64,000 nt of DNA from Thiohalomonadaceae bacterium (GTDB lineage: Bacteria; Pseudomonadota; Gammaproteobacteria; Thiohalomonadales; Thiohalomonadaceae), in assembly GCA_050302275.1 (NCBI GenBank), contig JBNLAT010000003.1, forward strand, positions 37,877-101,876, written 5' to 3'. The position numbers and the translations under genes were made by a program. Positions 29,452-40,583 of the stretch are shown piece after piece; position 1 is the first letter of the stretch, and the number at the start of each line of letters is the position of its first letter. The notes beneath the pieces are model-generated. The model made no database searches and was not told the origin of the DNA. It saw only the letters and a list, made by a program, of their open reading frames with translations.

Positions 29452-30387
29452 TCAGGGCAGGTCATCCAGATTGGCGCCCTCTTTCTCTACCGGCATCAGG
29501 TCTTCCTTGCTCACACCCAGGGCCAGAGCAGCGGCGCTGGCAACATAGATGGAAGAGTAAGTACCGACGAAGATACCGAGCAGTAGCGCAGTGGCAAAAC
29601 CGTGAATCGACTCACCACCGAAGAAAAACAGCGCAAGCAATACCAGGATGGTAGTAAACGAGGTCATCAAGGTACGTGACAGGGTCTGGTTGAGTGAAGC
29701 GTTGACGATATCCTCAGGCGAACCTTTACGCATCTTGCGGAAGTTTTCGCGGATACGGTCAAACACAACGATAGTATCGTTGAGTGAGTAACCGATCACC
29801 GCCAGTACCGCAGCGAGAACGGTGAGGTCGAAATCGAGTTGCAACAACGAGAATACGCCAAGGGTGATAATGACGTCGTGCACCAACGCGGCGACGGAAC
29901 CGACTGCGAAACGATACTCAAAACGCAGCGCAACGTAGACCAGGATACCAATCAGCGCATAGATCATCGCCAGGCCGCCGTCGTTGGTCAGCTCTTCACC
30001 GACCTGTGGGCCAACAAATTCAACACGGCGCATCTGCACCTCGTTATCCTGCCCTTTGAGCGCAGCAAAGATCCGATCACTCAACTCTGCACTGGTGACG
30101 CCTTCACGCGGTGCGATACGAATCATCACATCGGTTGCGGCACCGAAGTGCTGCACAATCGCATCACCATAGCCCTGCTTGGCCAGCACATCGCGAATCT
30201 GGTCCAGCTCGGCATTTTTAGTGTAGCCCACTTCGATGATGGTACCGCCGGTAAAGTCGATACCGAAATTAAAGCCGCGAGTCACCATTGAAGCGATGGA
30301 GATAACGATAAGTACCAGCGACAAAACCATCGCAAGCTTGCGCTTGCCGAGAAAGTCGATGGAGGTCTCTTTTTTCAAAATCTGCAT
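29452..30387 (-). CDS. secF: protein translocase subunit SecF
   Basis: 311 aa with typical SecF N-terminus (IDFLGKRK) and six TM segments. Confidence 0.95.
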   Translation of the reverse strand: MQILKKETSIDFLGKRKLAMVLSLVLIVISIASMVTRGFNFGIDFTGGTIIEVGYTKNAELDQIRDVLAKQGYGDAIVQHFGAATDVMIRIAPREGVTSAELSDRIFAALKGQDNEVQMRRVEFVGPQVGEELTNDGGLAMIYALIGILVYVALRFEYRFAVGSVAALVHDVIITLGVFSLLQLDFDLTVLAAVLAVIGYSLNDTIVVFDRIRENFRKMRKGSPEDIVNASLNQTLSRTLMTSFTTILVLLALFFFGGESIHGFATALLLGIFVGTYSSIYVASAAALALGVSKEDLMPVEKEGANLDDLP

Positions 30388-30400
30388 ACTAACGTCCTCC

Positions 30401-32257
30401 TTAAATCGACAGACTGGAGATGCGTTTACCCCCCAGTACCAGATTAATCACCGCACGTGTCACCATAATCGCGGTGAACATGGAGGTGACGATACCGATG
30501 GAAAGCGTGATGGCAAAACCCTTGATCGGGCCGGTACCAAAACTGAACAGCACCACCGCTGCGATCAGGGTAGTAATGTTGGCGTCGGCAATGGTGGAGA
30601 AGGCTTTTTCATAACCGGCATGGATCGCCGCATGCGGTGTATTACCAAGCCGCAACTCTTCACGAATCCGCTCAAAGATAAGCACATTGGCATCCACCGC
30701 CATACCCACAGTCAACACGATACCGGCGATACCGGGCAGGGTCAGGGTTGCCTGTAACAGCGAGAGCACGGCAACGATGAACACCAGGTTCAGCGCCAGT
30801 GCCAGATTGGCGACCATACCGAAGCTTCGATACCAGAGCGCCATAAAGCCGAGTACCGCGACAAAACCAATCACCACCGAGGCGAGGCCCTTGTCGATGT
30901 TTTCCTGCCCCATGCTTGGGCCGATGGTACGCTCTTCGACGATCTCCATCGGCGCTGCCAGTGCACCGGCACGCAACAGCAAGGCGAGATTGTGCGCTTC
31001 GTCAGGACTGTCGAGACCGGTGGTCTGGAAACGTTTGCTGAACACACCGCGAATAGTAGCGAGACTGATCACCTCTTCGATGCGGTTCGTCACCCGTTGT
31101 TGCTTACCGTTGATTGTGCGGGTTTCGGTCTTGGTTTCGATATAGACCACCGCCATCCGTTTGCCGACATTTTCACGGGTGTTGTCGAGCATCTTGCGTG
31201 CGCCTTTCGAATCGAGGGTCACGCTAACTTCGGGCTGGCCGGTCTGCTGCTCGATACCGGCCGCAGCGTCGATGATCTGGTCACCAGTGACGATCACCTC
31301 TTTCTTCAGCAACACAGGTCGTCCGTCACGCTGTTTGTAGAGACGAGAGTTGTAAGGCACACGTCCGGCAAGGGCATCGTTCACATCATGCTCCTCGTCT
31401 TCCATGTGGTATTCGAGGGTAGCTGTGGCACCAATAACATCCTTGGCACGGGCGGTATCCTGCACACCTGGCAGTTGCACCACGATGCGCTCCTGTCCCT
31501 GCTGCTGGATCACCGGCTCGGCCACACCCAACTCATTCACCCGCTTACGCAGAGTGGTGATGTTCTGTTTAACCGCAAACTTCTTTGTCTCCAGCAGCTC
31601 TTTCTCACTCAAGCTGGCATAGAGGTATTCGCTACCGTCGCGTGGTTCTTCGTTGAGTACCAGATCGCGGTACTCTTTGCGAATCAGCTCATTGGCTTTA
31701 TTGCGTTCCTCTGCGTCGCGGAATTTGATCTCGACGCGTCCCTTGTCGGCGACGATAGTTAAGTAACGCACCTTGTTATCACGCATCAGACTACGCAGGT
31801 CGCTGACATAACGTTCCAGTGCCTGCTCCACCGCGGCGTTCATATCCACTTCCATCAGGAAGTGCACGCCACCGCGCAGGTCGAGACCGAGGTACATAGG
31901 CAAGGCATTGAGGCCACTTAACCACTGAGGTGTTGCCGGGGCCAGATTCATCGCCGTGGTATAGCTATCGCCCAGCGCCTCACGCACAGGCTGATAGGCC
32001 TTCAGCTGCGCATCGGTATCGGCGAAGCGCACCAACATGGAGTTGGGTTTTACTTCGAGGGATTTGTAACTGAGCTTTTCCTTTTCCAGAACGCCGATCA
32101 CCTTGTCACGGGTGGCGTTGTTAACCTCGGCCATACGATTGGCAGAGATCTGCAGCGCCGGGTCGTCGCCGTAAAGGTTGGGCAGGGCGTAGATTGTGCC
32201 AATGACCATCAGCACAACGATCAGAAGGTACTTCCAGAATGGGTAACGGTTAATCAT
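30401..32257 (-). CDS. secD: protein translocase subunit SecD
   Basis: 618 aa. Starts MINRYPFWKY, with a large periplasmic domain and an RND-like TM bundle. Confidence 0.95.
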   Translation of the reverse strand: MINRYPFWKYLLIVVLMVIGTIYALPNLYGDDPALQISANRMAEVNNATRDKVIGVLEKEKLSYKSLEVKPNSMLVRFADTDAQLKAYQPVREALGDSYTTAMNLAPATPQWLSGLNALPMYLGLDLRGGVHFLMEVDMNAAVEQALERYVSDLRSLMRDNKVRYLTIVADKGRVEIKFRDAEERNKANELIRKEYRDLVLNEEPRDGSEYLYASLSEKELLETKKFAVKQNITTLRKRVNELGVAEPVIQQQGQERIVVQLPGVQDTARAKDVIGATATLEYHMEDEEHDVNDALAGRVPYNSRLYKQRDGRPVLLKKEVIVTGDQIIDAAAGIEQQTGQPEVSVTLDSKGARKMLDNTRENVGKRMAVVYIETKTETRTINGKQQRVTNRIEEVISLATIRGVFSKRFQTTGLDSPDEAHNLALLLRAGALAAPMEIVEERTIGPSMGQENIDKGLASVVIGFVAVLGFMALWYRSFGMVANLALALNLVFIVAVLSLLQATLTLPGIAGIVLTVGMAVDANVLIFERIREELRLGNTPHAAIHAGYEKAFSTIADANITTLIAAVVLFSFGTGPIKGFAITLSIGIVTSMFTAIMVTRAVINLVLGGKRISSLSI

Positions 32258-32273
32258 GATGACACCAGATACA

Positions 32274-32299
32274 GTAACCGGCGCATTGGCGCCGGTTAC
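32274..32299 (-). other. perfect 11-bp-stem hairpin between yajC and secD
   Basis: GTAACCGGCGC-ATTG-GCGCCGGTTAC with no adjacent U-run. Intercistronic stem-loop of unknown role. Confidence 0.5.
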
Positions 32300-32320
32300 T
32301 CAATTGTTGTTGTTTCAGCT

Positions 32321-32659
32321 TTAGAGATTCTTGATGGTCCCTTTGGGCAACAGGCTGGAGACCGCTTCACGCTGCAACTTCATCTGCACATTGTCGGCCA
32401 CTTCCACAACGATGTGGGTTTCGCCCACTTCGGAAATACGTCCGTAGATGCCACCGCTGGTCAGCACCTCATCACCCTTGGAGAGGGCTTCGACCATCTT
32501 CTTGTGCTCTTTGGCGCGACGTGACTGCGGGCGAATCAGCAGGAAGTAGAAGACGACGAAGAGAATGATGAAGGGGAACAGCGCCTCCAGCATACCGGGT
32601 TGCTGCTGTGCAGCCGCCGGGGCAGCCTCGGCCAGGGCATCGGAGATAAAGAAGCTCAT
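32321..32659 (-). CDS. yajC: preprotein translocase subunit YajC
   Basis: 112 aa with a single TM and the conserved FYFLLIRPQ.RR.KEH motif. Confidence 0.93.
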   Translation of the reverse strand: MSFFISDALAEAAPAAAQQQPGMLEALFPFIILFVVFYFLLIRPQSRRAKEHKKMVEALSKGDEVLTSGGIYGRISEVGETHIVVEVADNVQMKLQREAVSSLLPKGTIKNL

Positions 32660-32709
32660 GTGTTATTCCTTAGGCTCGGTTTTGGTAGATGTCTAAAAAC
32701 TGGCGCCCA

Positions 32710-34862
<2,153 letters not shown>

Positions 34863-34960
34863 AGGGCGCGGATGATAACAAAGGTGGCAGGTAACAGGTA
34901 TCCGGCAACAGGTGGAAAATGACACTCATTGATTTTCCTGCCACCGATTGCCTGAGACCT

Positions 34961-34989
34961 TTCATCTTTTGCCTTTTACCTTTTATAAT
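34961..34989 (+). promoter_or_regulatory. candidate sigma70 promoter of tRNA-Leu
   Basis: TTCATC (34961-34966), 17-nt spacer, TATAAT (34984-34989), then the GC-rich discriminator GCGCCTCC, 10 nt before the mature tRNA 5' end. Confidence 0.45.
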
Positions 34990-34999
34990 GCGCCTCCTT

Positions 35000-35086
35000 G
35001 CCGGGGTGGCGAAATTGGTAGACGCAGGGGATTCAAAATCCCCCGGTGGCAACACCTTGTCGGTTCGAGTCCGACCCTCGGTACCA
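35000..35086 (+). tRNA. tRNA-Leu (anticodon CAA)
   Basis: Hand-folded, 87 nt. Acceptor GCCGGGG/CCTCGGT, D-arm GCGAAATTGGTAGACGC, anticodon stem-loop GGGGA-TTCAAAA-TCCCC, long variable arm, T-arm GTCGG-TTCGAGT-CCGAC, encoded CCA. Confidence 0.9.
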
Positions 35087-35207
35087 GATTAGTGTTTGAT
35101 GTGCTGTGGTTCAGTGACAGTCGACTTGCCGGTTGACGCGGTACTTCCCTGTACCGCGCCCTACAGGCGTACTGAAGTGCGTCCCCATCGGCACTCCTGC
35201 CGATGGG

Positions 35208-35289
35208 TCGAGTCCGACCCTCGGTACCAGTTTTATTTATGTTTAATGGGTGGGGAGCTATCCCCTTGTCGGTGACGCGGTACTTCCCT
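35208..35289 (+). repeat. degenerate second copy of the tRNA-Leu 3' end plus its downstream flank
   Basis: The 23-bp TCGAGTCCGACCCTCGGTACCAG is identical at 35065-35087 and 35208-35230. The 16-bp GACGCGGTACTTCCCT is identical at 35135-35150 and 35274-35289. Period is ~140 bp. Confidence 0.85.
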
Positions 35290-35416
35290 TCGCTATCACC
35301 CCATTATTACGTCCGTATGGCAAAAACTCCTTTTACGACAAGGAGATCGCGTCTTGTCCCATCGGGGAAAAACCGCTAGCCTTTTGTGGATTCATTAACT
35401 GTTTAAGGATTGCCAC

Positions 35417-36271
35417 TTGTCACTTAAGCGGCTGCCATCCCTGATGGCTCTACTCCTCGCAGGCGCACTGACCACCGCCTGCTCCTCCATGCTCACTTCC
35501 GGACTGGGTGACAGCCTTTCCAGCGCTATCGCCAATCAGGATGATCCAGCGACTGTACGTGCCGGTGCGCCCTCTTTCATGCTGCTTATCGACGGCATGA
35601 TTAACAGCAATCCCGACGATACCGAACTGCTGGTGGCAGGTTCCCGCCTCAATAGCGCCTACGCCGCGGTATTTGTGACCGACCCGGAGCGGGCGAAAAA
35701 GATGGCCGACCGCGCCTATCGCTACGCGGAACATGCCCTGTGCCAGGATTACGAACGCATCTGCGCCCTGAACAAAGGCCCCTATCTGGATTTACTGCCA
35801 GCCATTAAAGAAATCGACGAAGACGATATCGCCACCCTCTACGCCTATGCCCTCGCCTGGGCGTTGCGTATCCAGACTCACAGCAGCGACTGGGGCGCTG
35901 TCGCCGACCTGCCCAAGGTCGAAGCGCTACTGGAACAGGTGATTGCCCTGAACAATCAATATGAACAGGGCGAACCCTGGCTCTATCTCGGGATCATCCG
36001 TAGCCAGGTGCCACCGGCCCTCGGCGGCAAGCCGGAAAAAGGCCGCGAGGCGTTCGAACAGGCCATCGCCCTCTCCGGCGGACGCAACCTGGCCGCCAAA
36101 GTGGCCTACGCACAAAACTATGCACGCCTGGTGTTCGACCGCGAACTGCATGACCGCCTGCTCAACGAAGTACTGGATGCCGAGGTAGAGGTACCCGGAT
36201 ATACCCTGAGCAACACCCTCGCCCAGCGTCAGGCGAAAGAATTGCTGCAATCGGCAGCAGATTATTTCTAG
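35417..36271 (+). CDS. TatT-family TPR lipoprotein (TRAP-transporter accessory)
   Basis: 284 aa. TTG start with AAGGAT SD (alternative ATG at 35444) and lipobox LTTAC. All-helical TPR-like body. Conserved position directly upstream of the DctP/Q/M genes, as in T. pallidum TatT. Confidence 0.7.
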   Translation: MSLKRLPSLMALLLAGALTTACSSMLTSGLGDSLSSAIANQDDPATVRAGAPSFMLLIDGMINSNPDDTELLVAGSRLNSAYAAVFVTDPERAKKMADRAYRYAEHALCQDYERICALNKGPYLDLLPAIKEIDEDDIATLYAYALAWALRIQTHSSDWGAVADLPKVEALLEQVIALNNQYEQGEPWLYLGIIRSQVPPALGGKPEKGREAFEQAIALSGGRNLAAKVAYAQNYARLVFDRELHDRLLNEVLDAEVEVPGYTLSNTLAQRQAKELLQSAADYF

Positions 36272-36279
36272 GAGAAACG

Positions 36280-37284
36280 ATGAAACGCCTCATTACCACC
36301 GTCCTGCTGCTCGCCGCTGTCGCCACCGCGCAGGCCACCACTTTCAAGATCGCCACGATTGCCCCTGACGGCACCAGCTGGATGAACGAGATGCGTGCGG
36401 GCGCGGCGGAGATCAAAAAGCTCACCGCTGGCCGGGTGGAATTCCGCTTCTATCCCGGCGGCATCATGGGCAATGACAACAGCGTACTGCGCAAGATCCG
36501 CGTCGGTCAGCTGCAGGGCGGCGCGATCACCGGCGGTGGCCTGGCCGACATCCTGCCCGAAGCGCAGGTCTACAGCCTGCCCTTCACCTTCCGCGACTAC
36601 GCCGAAGTCGATTACGTGCGTAAACAGATGGACCCGGTTTTGATGCAGGAACTGGAGAAAGAGGGTTACGTTGGTTTCGGCATCAGTGAGGGCGGCTTTG
36701 CCTATATGATGTCCGATACACCGGTCGCCGGCGTCTCGGCACTGAAGGGCCACAAAATCTGGGTACCCGAAGGCGACGTGATCAGTCGCACCGCATTTGA
36801 ATCCACCGGTGTTTCACCAATCCCGCTGCCGCTGACCGACGTCTTAACCGGCCTGCAAACCGGCCTGGTCGATACCGTAGCGGCAACACCCACCGGTGCC
36901 ATCGCCCTGCAGTGGCATACACGGGTGCACAACCTGACCGACATCCCGCTGATGTATATCTACGGCACCATGGTAGTGAAACGCAGTGCCTTCCAACGCC
37001 TCAGCAACGACGATCAAAAAATCGTACGTGAGGTGATGGGCGATATCTTCATCCGTCTCAACCGGCAGAATCGCGAAGACAATACCAGCGCACTAGCGGC
37101 ATTGAAGTCACAGGGCATCAGCTTCGTCGAGAGTAACGTGGTGGAACAACGCGAATGGCAGGGACTGGTCAACAACGCCATGGACAAACTGATCGCCAAC
37201 AAACTGTTCGACCCGGCGATTCACCAACGTCTGCTCGGCTACCGCGACACCTATCGTTCGCAGGCGATCAACGAGAAGCACTGA
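36280..37284 (+). CDS. TRAP transporter substrate-binding protein (DctP family)
   Basis: 334 aa with a signal peptide (ATAQA/TT). Starts FKIATIAPDGTSW, DctP-type fold. Confidence 0.88.
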   Translation: MKRLITTVLLLAAVATAQATTFKIATIAPDGTSWMNEMRAGAAEIKKLTAGRVEFRFYPGGIMGNDNSVLRKIRVGQLQGGAITGGGLADILPEAQVYSLPFTFRDYAEVDYVRKQMDPVLMQELEKEGYVGFGISEGGFAYMMSDTPVAGVSALKGHKIWVPEGDVISRTAFESTGVSPIPLPLTDVLTGLQTGLVDTVAATPTGAIALQWHTRVHNLTDIPLMYIYGTMVVKRSAFQRLSNDDQKIVREVMGDIFIRLNRQNREDNTSALAALKSQGISFVESNVVEQREWQGLVNNAMDKLIANKLFDPAIHQRLLGYRDTYRSQAINEKH

Positions 37285-37291
37285 CCGGCTA

Positions 37292-37768
37292 ATGCTTCTC
37301 CGCCTGCAGCACATCCTGCGCCGAGCCGAAGAGGGTTTTGTCCTTCTGCTGCTGAGCCTGATGGTACTGCTGGCAGGCAGCCAGATCGTACTGCGCAACC
37401 TCTTCGAAAGCGGCATCGCCTGGGGTGATCCGCTCCTGCGCGTGTTGGTGCTGTGGCTCGGTATGCTCGGCGCGATGCTCGCCAGCCGCAGCAATCAACA
37501 TATTCGCATCGACATTCTCTCCCGCTACCTGCCCTCAAGCTGGAAGCGTTACAACAATGCCCTGACCAATCTGTTCAGTACCGTGATCGCCTGTCTGCTC
37601 GCCTGGCACAGCGGACGCTTCGTCTACTTTGAATGGCAGGATGGAATGGAATTATTTGCCGGGCTTCCCGCCTGGCTAGCGGAAAGCATTCTGCCGGTTG
37701 GTTTTACCGTCATCGCCATACGCTTTGCCATTCTGAGCGTACAGTCGCTAATGGGTAATAAAGCGTGA
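37292..37768 (+). CDS. TRAP transporter small permease (DctQ)
   Basis: 158 aa with four TM segments. Lies between the dctP-like and dctM-like genes. Confidence 0.85.
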   Translation: MLLRLQHILRRAEEGFVLLLLSLMVLLAGSQIVLRNLFESGIAWGDPLLRVLVLWLGMLGAMLASRSNQHIRIDILSRYLPSSWKRYNNALTNLFSTVIACLLAWHSGRFVYFEWQDGMELFAGLPAWLAESILPVGFTVIAIRFAILSVQSLMGNKA

Positions 37769-39045
37769 GTGTGCTGCTGACACTGCTACTGATCCTGCTG
37801 GCGCTACTCGGTGCGCCGCTGTTTGTGATCATTGCCGCCAGCGCCATGCTCGGTTTCTACACCACCGATGTCGACCTTTCCGTCGTGGCGATCGAGTTTT
37901 ACCGCCTCGCCGAAATGCCGATCCTGCTGGCGATCCCACTATTCACCTTTGCTGGCTACCTGCTCAGCGAAAGCCGTGCACCTACCCGTCTGGTTAACCT
38001 AACCCAGGCTCTACTCGGCTGGATGCCCGGCGGACTGGCGATCGTCGCGCTGAGTGCCTGTGCTCTGTTCACTGCCTTCACCGGTGCATCGGGCGTCACC
38101 ATCGTCGCCCTCGGCGCCCTGCTCTATCCGGCAATGAGTAAAGCTGGCTATAGCGACAACTTCAGTCTGGGACTCATCACCACCTCGGGCAGCCTCGGCC
38201 TGCTATTCGCACCGTCGCTGCCGTTGATCCTCTACGGCATCATCGTGCAACAGCTGGGCGTTGGTGCCAGCCTGACCATCGACGAACTGTTTCTCGCCGG
38301 TCTGCTTCCTGGCCTGCTGATGCTGGTGGTGTTATCGGGCTGGAGTATGTGGACCAATCGCGGACGCGACCTACACGCCTGTTGCTGGAGCGATATCGGT
38401 GTTGCCCTACGCGAAGCGGCGTGGGAGTTACCACTACCTTTAATCATTCTTGGCGGGATCTACAGCGGTTATTTTGCCGTCTCGGAAGCAGCGGCGGTAA
38501 CTGTGATCTATGTCTTTATCGTAGAGGTGCTGATTCATCGAGAGATACCGTGGCGACGACTGCCGCGGGTAGTGCGCGAAGCGATGATTATGGTCGGCGC
38601 GGTACTGGTGATACTCGGTGTCTCGCTAGCATCGACCAATTATCTGATCGACGCACAGATCCCCACCAAGCTGTTTGAATTTATCCGCAGCAACATTTCG
38701 GACAAACTGACCTTCCTGATCCTGCTGAATATCTTCCTGTTAATCCTCGGCACCATGCTCGATATTTTCTCAGCGCTGGTGATTATGGTGCCGCTGTTAC
38801 TACCTATCGCTGTCGGTTATGGTATCGACCCGATCCACCTCGGGATCATCTTCCTCGCCAACATGCAGATCGGTTACTTCACACCGCCGGTCGGGATGAA
38901 CCTGTTTATCGCCAGTTTCCGCTTTAACCGGCCGGTAACCCAGCTCTATCGCTCAACCCTGCCATTCTTCTTCCTGCTGCTGCTCACCGTGCTTATCATC
39001 ACCTACTGGCCGCAGCTCTCTCTGTGGCTGCCGGGCAGAATGTAA
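37765..39045 (+). CDS. TRAP transporter large permease (DctM)
   Basis: 426 aa, polytopic. Overlaps the dctQ stop (GTGA). Confidence 0.9.
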   Translation: MSVLLTLLLILLALLGAPLFVIIAASAMLGFYTTDVDLSVVAIEFYRLAEMPILLAIPLFTFAGYLLSESRAPTRLVNLTQALLGWMPGGLAIVALSACALFTAFTGASGVTIVALGALLYPAMSKAGYSDNFSLGLITTSGSLGLLFAPSLPLILYGIIVQQLGVGASLTIDELFLAGLLPGLLMLVVLSGWSMWTNRGRDLHACCWSDIGVALREAAWELPLPLIILGGIYSGYFAVSEAAAVTVIYVFIVEVLIHREIPWRRLPRVVREAMIMVGAVLVILGVSLASTNYLIDAQIPTKLFEFIRSNISDKLTFLILLNIFLLILGTMLDIFSALVIMVPLLLPIAVGYGIDPIHLGIIFLANMQIGYFTPPVGMNLFIASFRFNRPVTQLYRSTLPFFFLLLLTVLIITYWPQLSLWLPGRM

Positions 39046-39052
39046 GTCTTAC

Positions 39053-40573
39053 TTAGCGAGCAAATACCGCCGTACCAGCAACAAGACCGTCACTCACATC
39101 CAGAATGAAACCACTAATGGCTCCTTCAGCCTGTGAACCGACAAAACGTCCACTGATCGAACCAGTGACGGGAATAGTCGCAACAGTACCATTCAGAGTA
39201 ATACCGTTACCGTAAAACGCAGAGATATTCTGGTTAGCTGCGGTATAGGATGCAGGTGTACCAAAAACATCGGTGACTAACGTCACATCCATCTGTGCCG
39301 TACCAAAATCAACCGTCAAATTGCTCCCTGCCAGCAATTGCTGACCTGAGCCACCAACATAATCATATTGATACGAACCGATTGTTGGTAAATCCGCAGT
39401 ACTAACAACTACGTTAGTAGCATTGATATAGTTAACGAAATCAGTACTACCAATCGGAATAGTAGTATTAGTTTGATCCGTTAATTGAATCTGCAATCCA
39501 CCAAACTGTCCCCAGTTAATCGTACTATTACCCGCTGTTGCACTACCTGTATTCTGTGGAACAGGCGGAGCAGCAACCACTACAGTGCCATAGCTACTAA
39601 TCCCACCAGACCCTCCTGTAGCATTCTGCAGATCTCCATAAGTGGCGCCAACAGTCACTGGATTACTGAAAAAGTCACCTTGATAGGGATTGATTCCATT
39701 TCCCGTCGAAATTACATTTGAAATGCCATAAGGTCCTGGTGAAACCGTTGCTTCACTGGTACCACTCGACATCAAAATTTGTGCAGCTGATACGTCAGCC
39801 ATAAACGAATAAATACTATTGCTATCCCGCTGGCTGACCGCCGTCCTTGAATAGCTATCGCTTCCATCTGCAGTCTTCGGTCGATCCTGCTCTTCAAATG
39901 CCGCGAACTCGACAAAGATCGCTTCCAGGTCAGGACGCAGTTCAGGCGGCGCATCGACAAACGGAACATAGCCGATTTCACCCGGACCGAGCAGCAGTTC
40001 GCCCGTCGGCGTTGAAAGCAGCACCTGTCCCTCCAGCACCATCACATAGGTACCCGGTGCCATACCAGGAAGCTCAGGCAAGCCTTCAGGCGGAATAACA
40101 ATGGTGTCGAACACGGTGCCACGAATACCGATGGTAGCCACCGGGGTACGGTATTTCACCGCTTCCGGTTTTTCGTGGCCGATAGCACCAGTAATCGCAC
40201 GCAGGCCGCCGCGCAACAGTTCGCCAACCTGACTCCCTTCACCCGGCGCCTTTTCATTGTAATCCTGGGCTTCGATGCGATAGACCGTGCCAGCCTTGAG
40301 CGCGATCATTGCGCCGTCACTCATACGCAGTTGTGCGCTACTGGCTACGCCAGTACGAATGGTGTCGCCAACCTGCAACACATCACCACGCTTTGCCGCA
40401 CGGGACTCTGCTTCGACGCTGGTGATCTGCACTTCCCCACGGGCGAATAACAGGCGTCCCGCAGAATCCGCCGCATGAACGTTGAGGCTGAAAAACAGGG
40501 CCAGCATCAGCAGGCCAAGTTGCAGTAAAAAAGTTGTCTGGTATGTAGCCCTGGCTGTGATATTCCGTGACAT
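39053..40573 (-). CDS. exported FecR-domain protein with a low-complexity linker and a TbpB/fHbp-like C-terminal beta-barrel signature
   Basis: 506 aa. Signal peptide cleaved near VHA/AD, with no lipobox Cys. FecR-domain pattern (GEVQIT...GDVLQVGDTIRTG..SSAQLRMSDGAMIALKAGT...IRGT). C-terminus LTVDFGTAQMDVTL...GSISGRFVGSQAEGAISGF...AGTAVFAR matches the L.VDF....G.L ... G.F.G..A.E..G.F......G.F.A.R pattern of TbpB-type barrels. The GGAGG SD overlaps the upstream gene's stop. Confidence 0.85.
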   Translation of the reverse strand: MSRNITARATYQTTFLLQLGLLMLALFFSLNVHAADSAGRLLFARGEVQITSVEAESRAAKRGDVLQVGDTIRTGVASSAQLRMSDGAMIALKAGTVYRIEAQDYNEKAPGEGSQVGELLRGGLRAITGAIGHEKPEAVKYRTPVATIGIRGTVFDTIVIPPEGLPELPGMAPGTYVMVLEGQVLLSTPTGELLLGPGEIGYVPFVDAPPELRPDLEAIFVEFAAFEEQDRPKTADGSDSYSRTAVSQRDSNSIYSFMADVSAAQILMSSGTSEATVSPGPYGISNVISTGNGINPYQGDFFSNPVTVGATYGDLQNATGGSGGISSYGTVVVAAPPVPQNTGSATAGNSTINWGQFGGLQIQLTDQTNTTIPIGSTDFVNYINATNVVVSTADLPTIGSYQYDYVGGSGQQLLAGSNLTVDFGTAQMDVTLVTDVFGTPASYTAANQNISAFYGNGITLNGTVATIPVTGSISGRFVGSQAEGAISGFILDVSDGLVAGTAVFAR

Positions 40574-40583
40574 CTCAGTCCTC

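Noticed and set aside
35250-35444. 64-aa ORF downstream of tRNA-Leu
   Set aside because: It spans the duplicated att-like flank and the tatT promoter/SD region. It has no SD and no recognisable fold, so it is most likely non-coding.
39043-39055. Small palindrome TAAGT-CTT-ACTTA formed by the convergent dctM and FecR-gene stop codons
   Set aside because: It is only a 5-bp stem built from two stop codons and is too weak to be a terminator. Probably coincidental.
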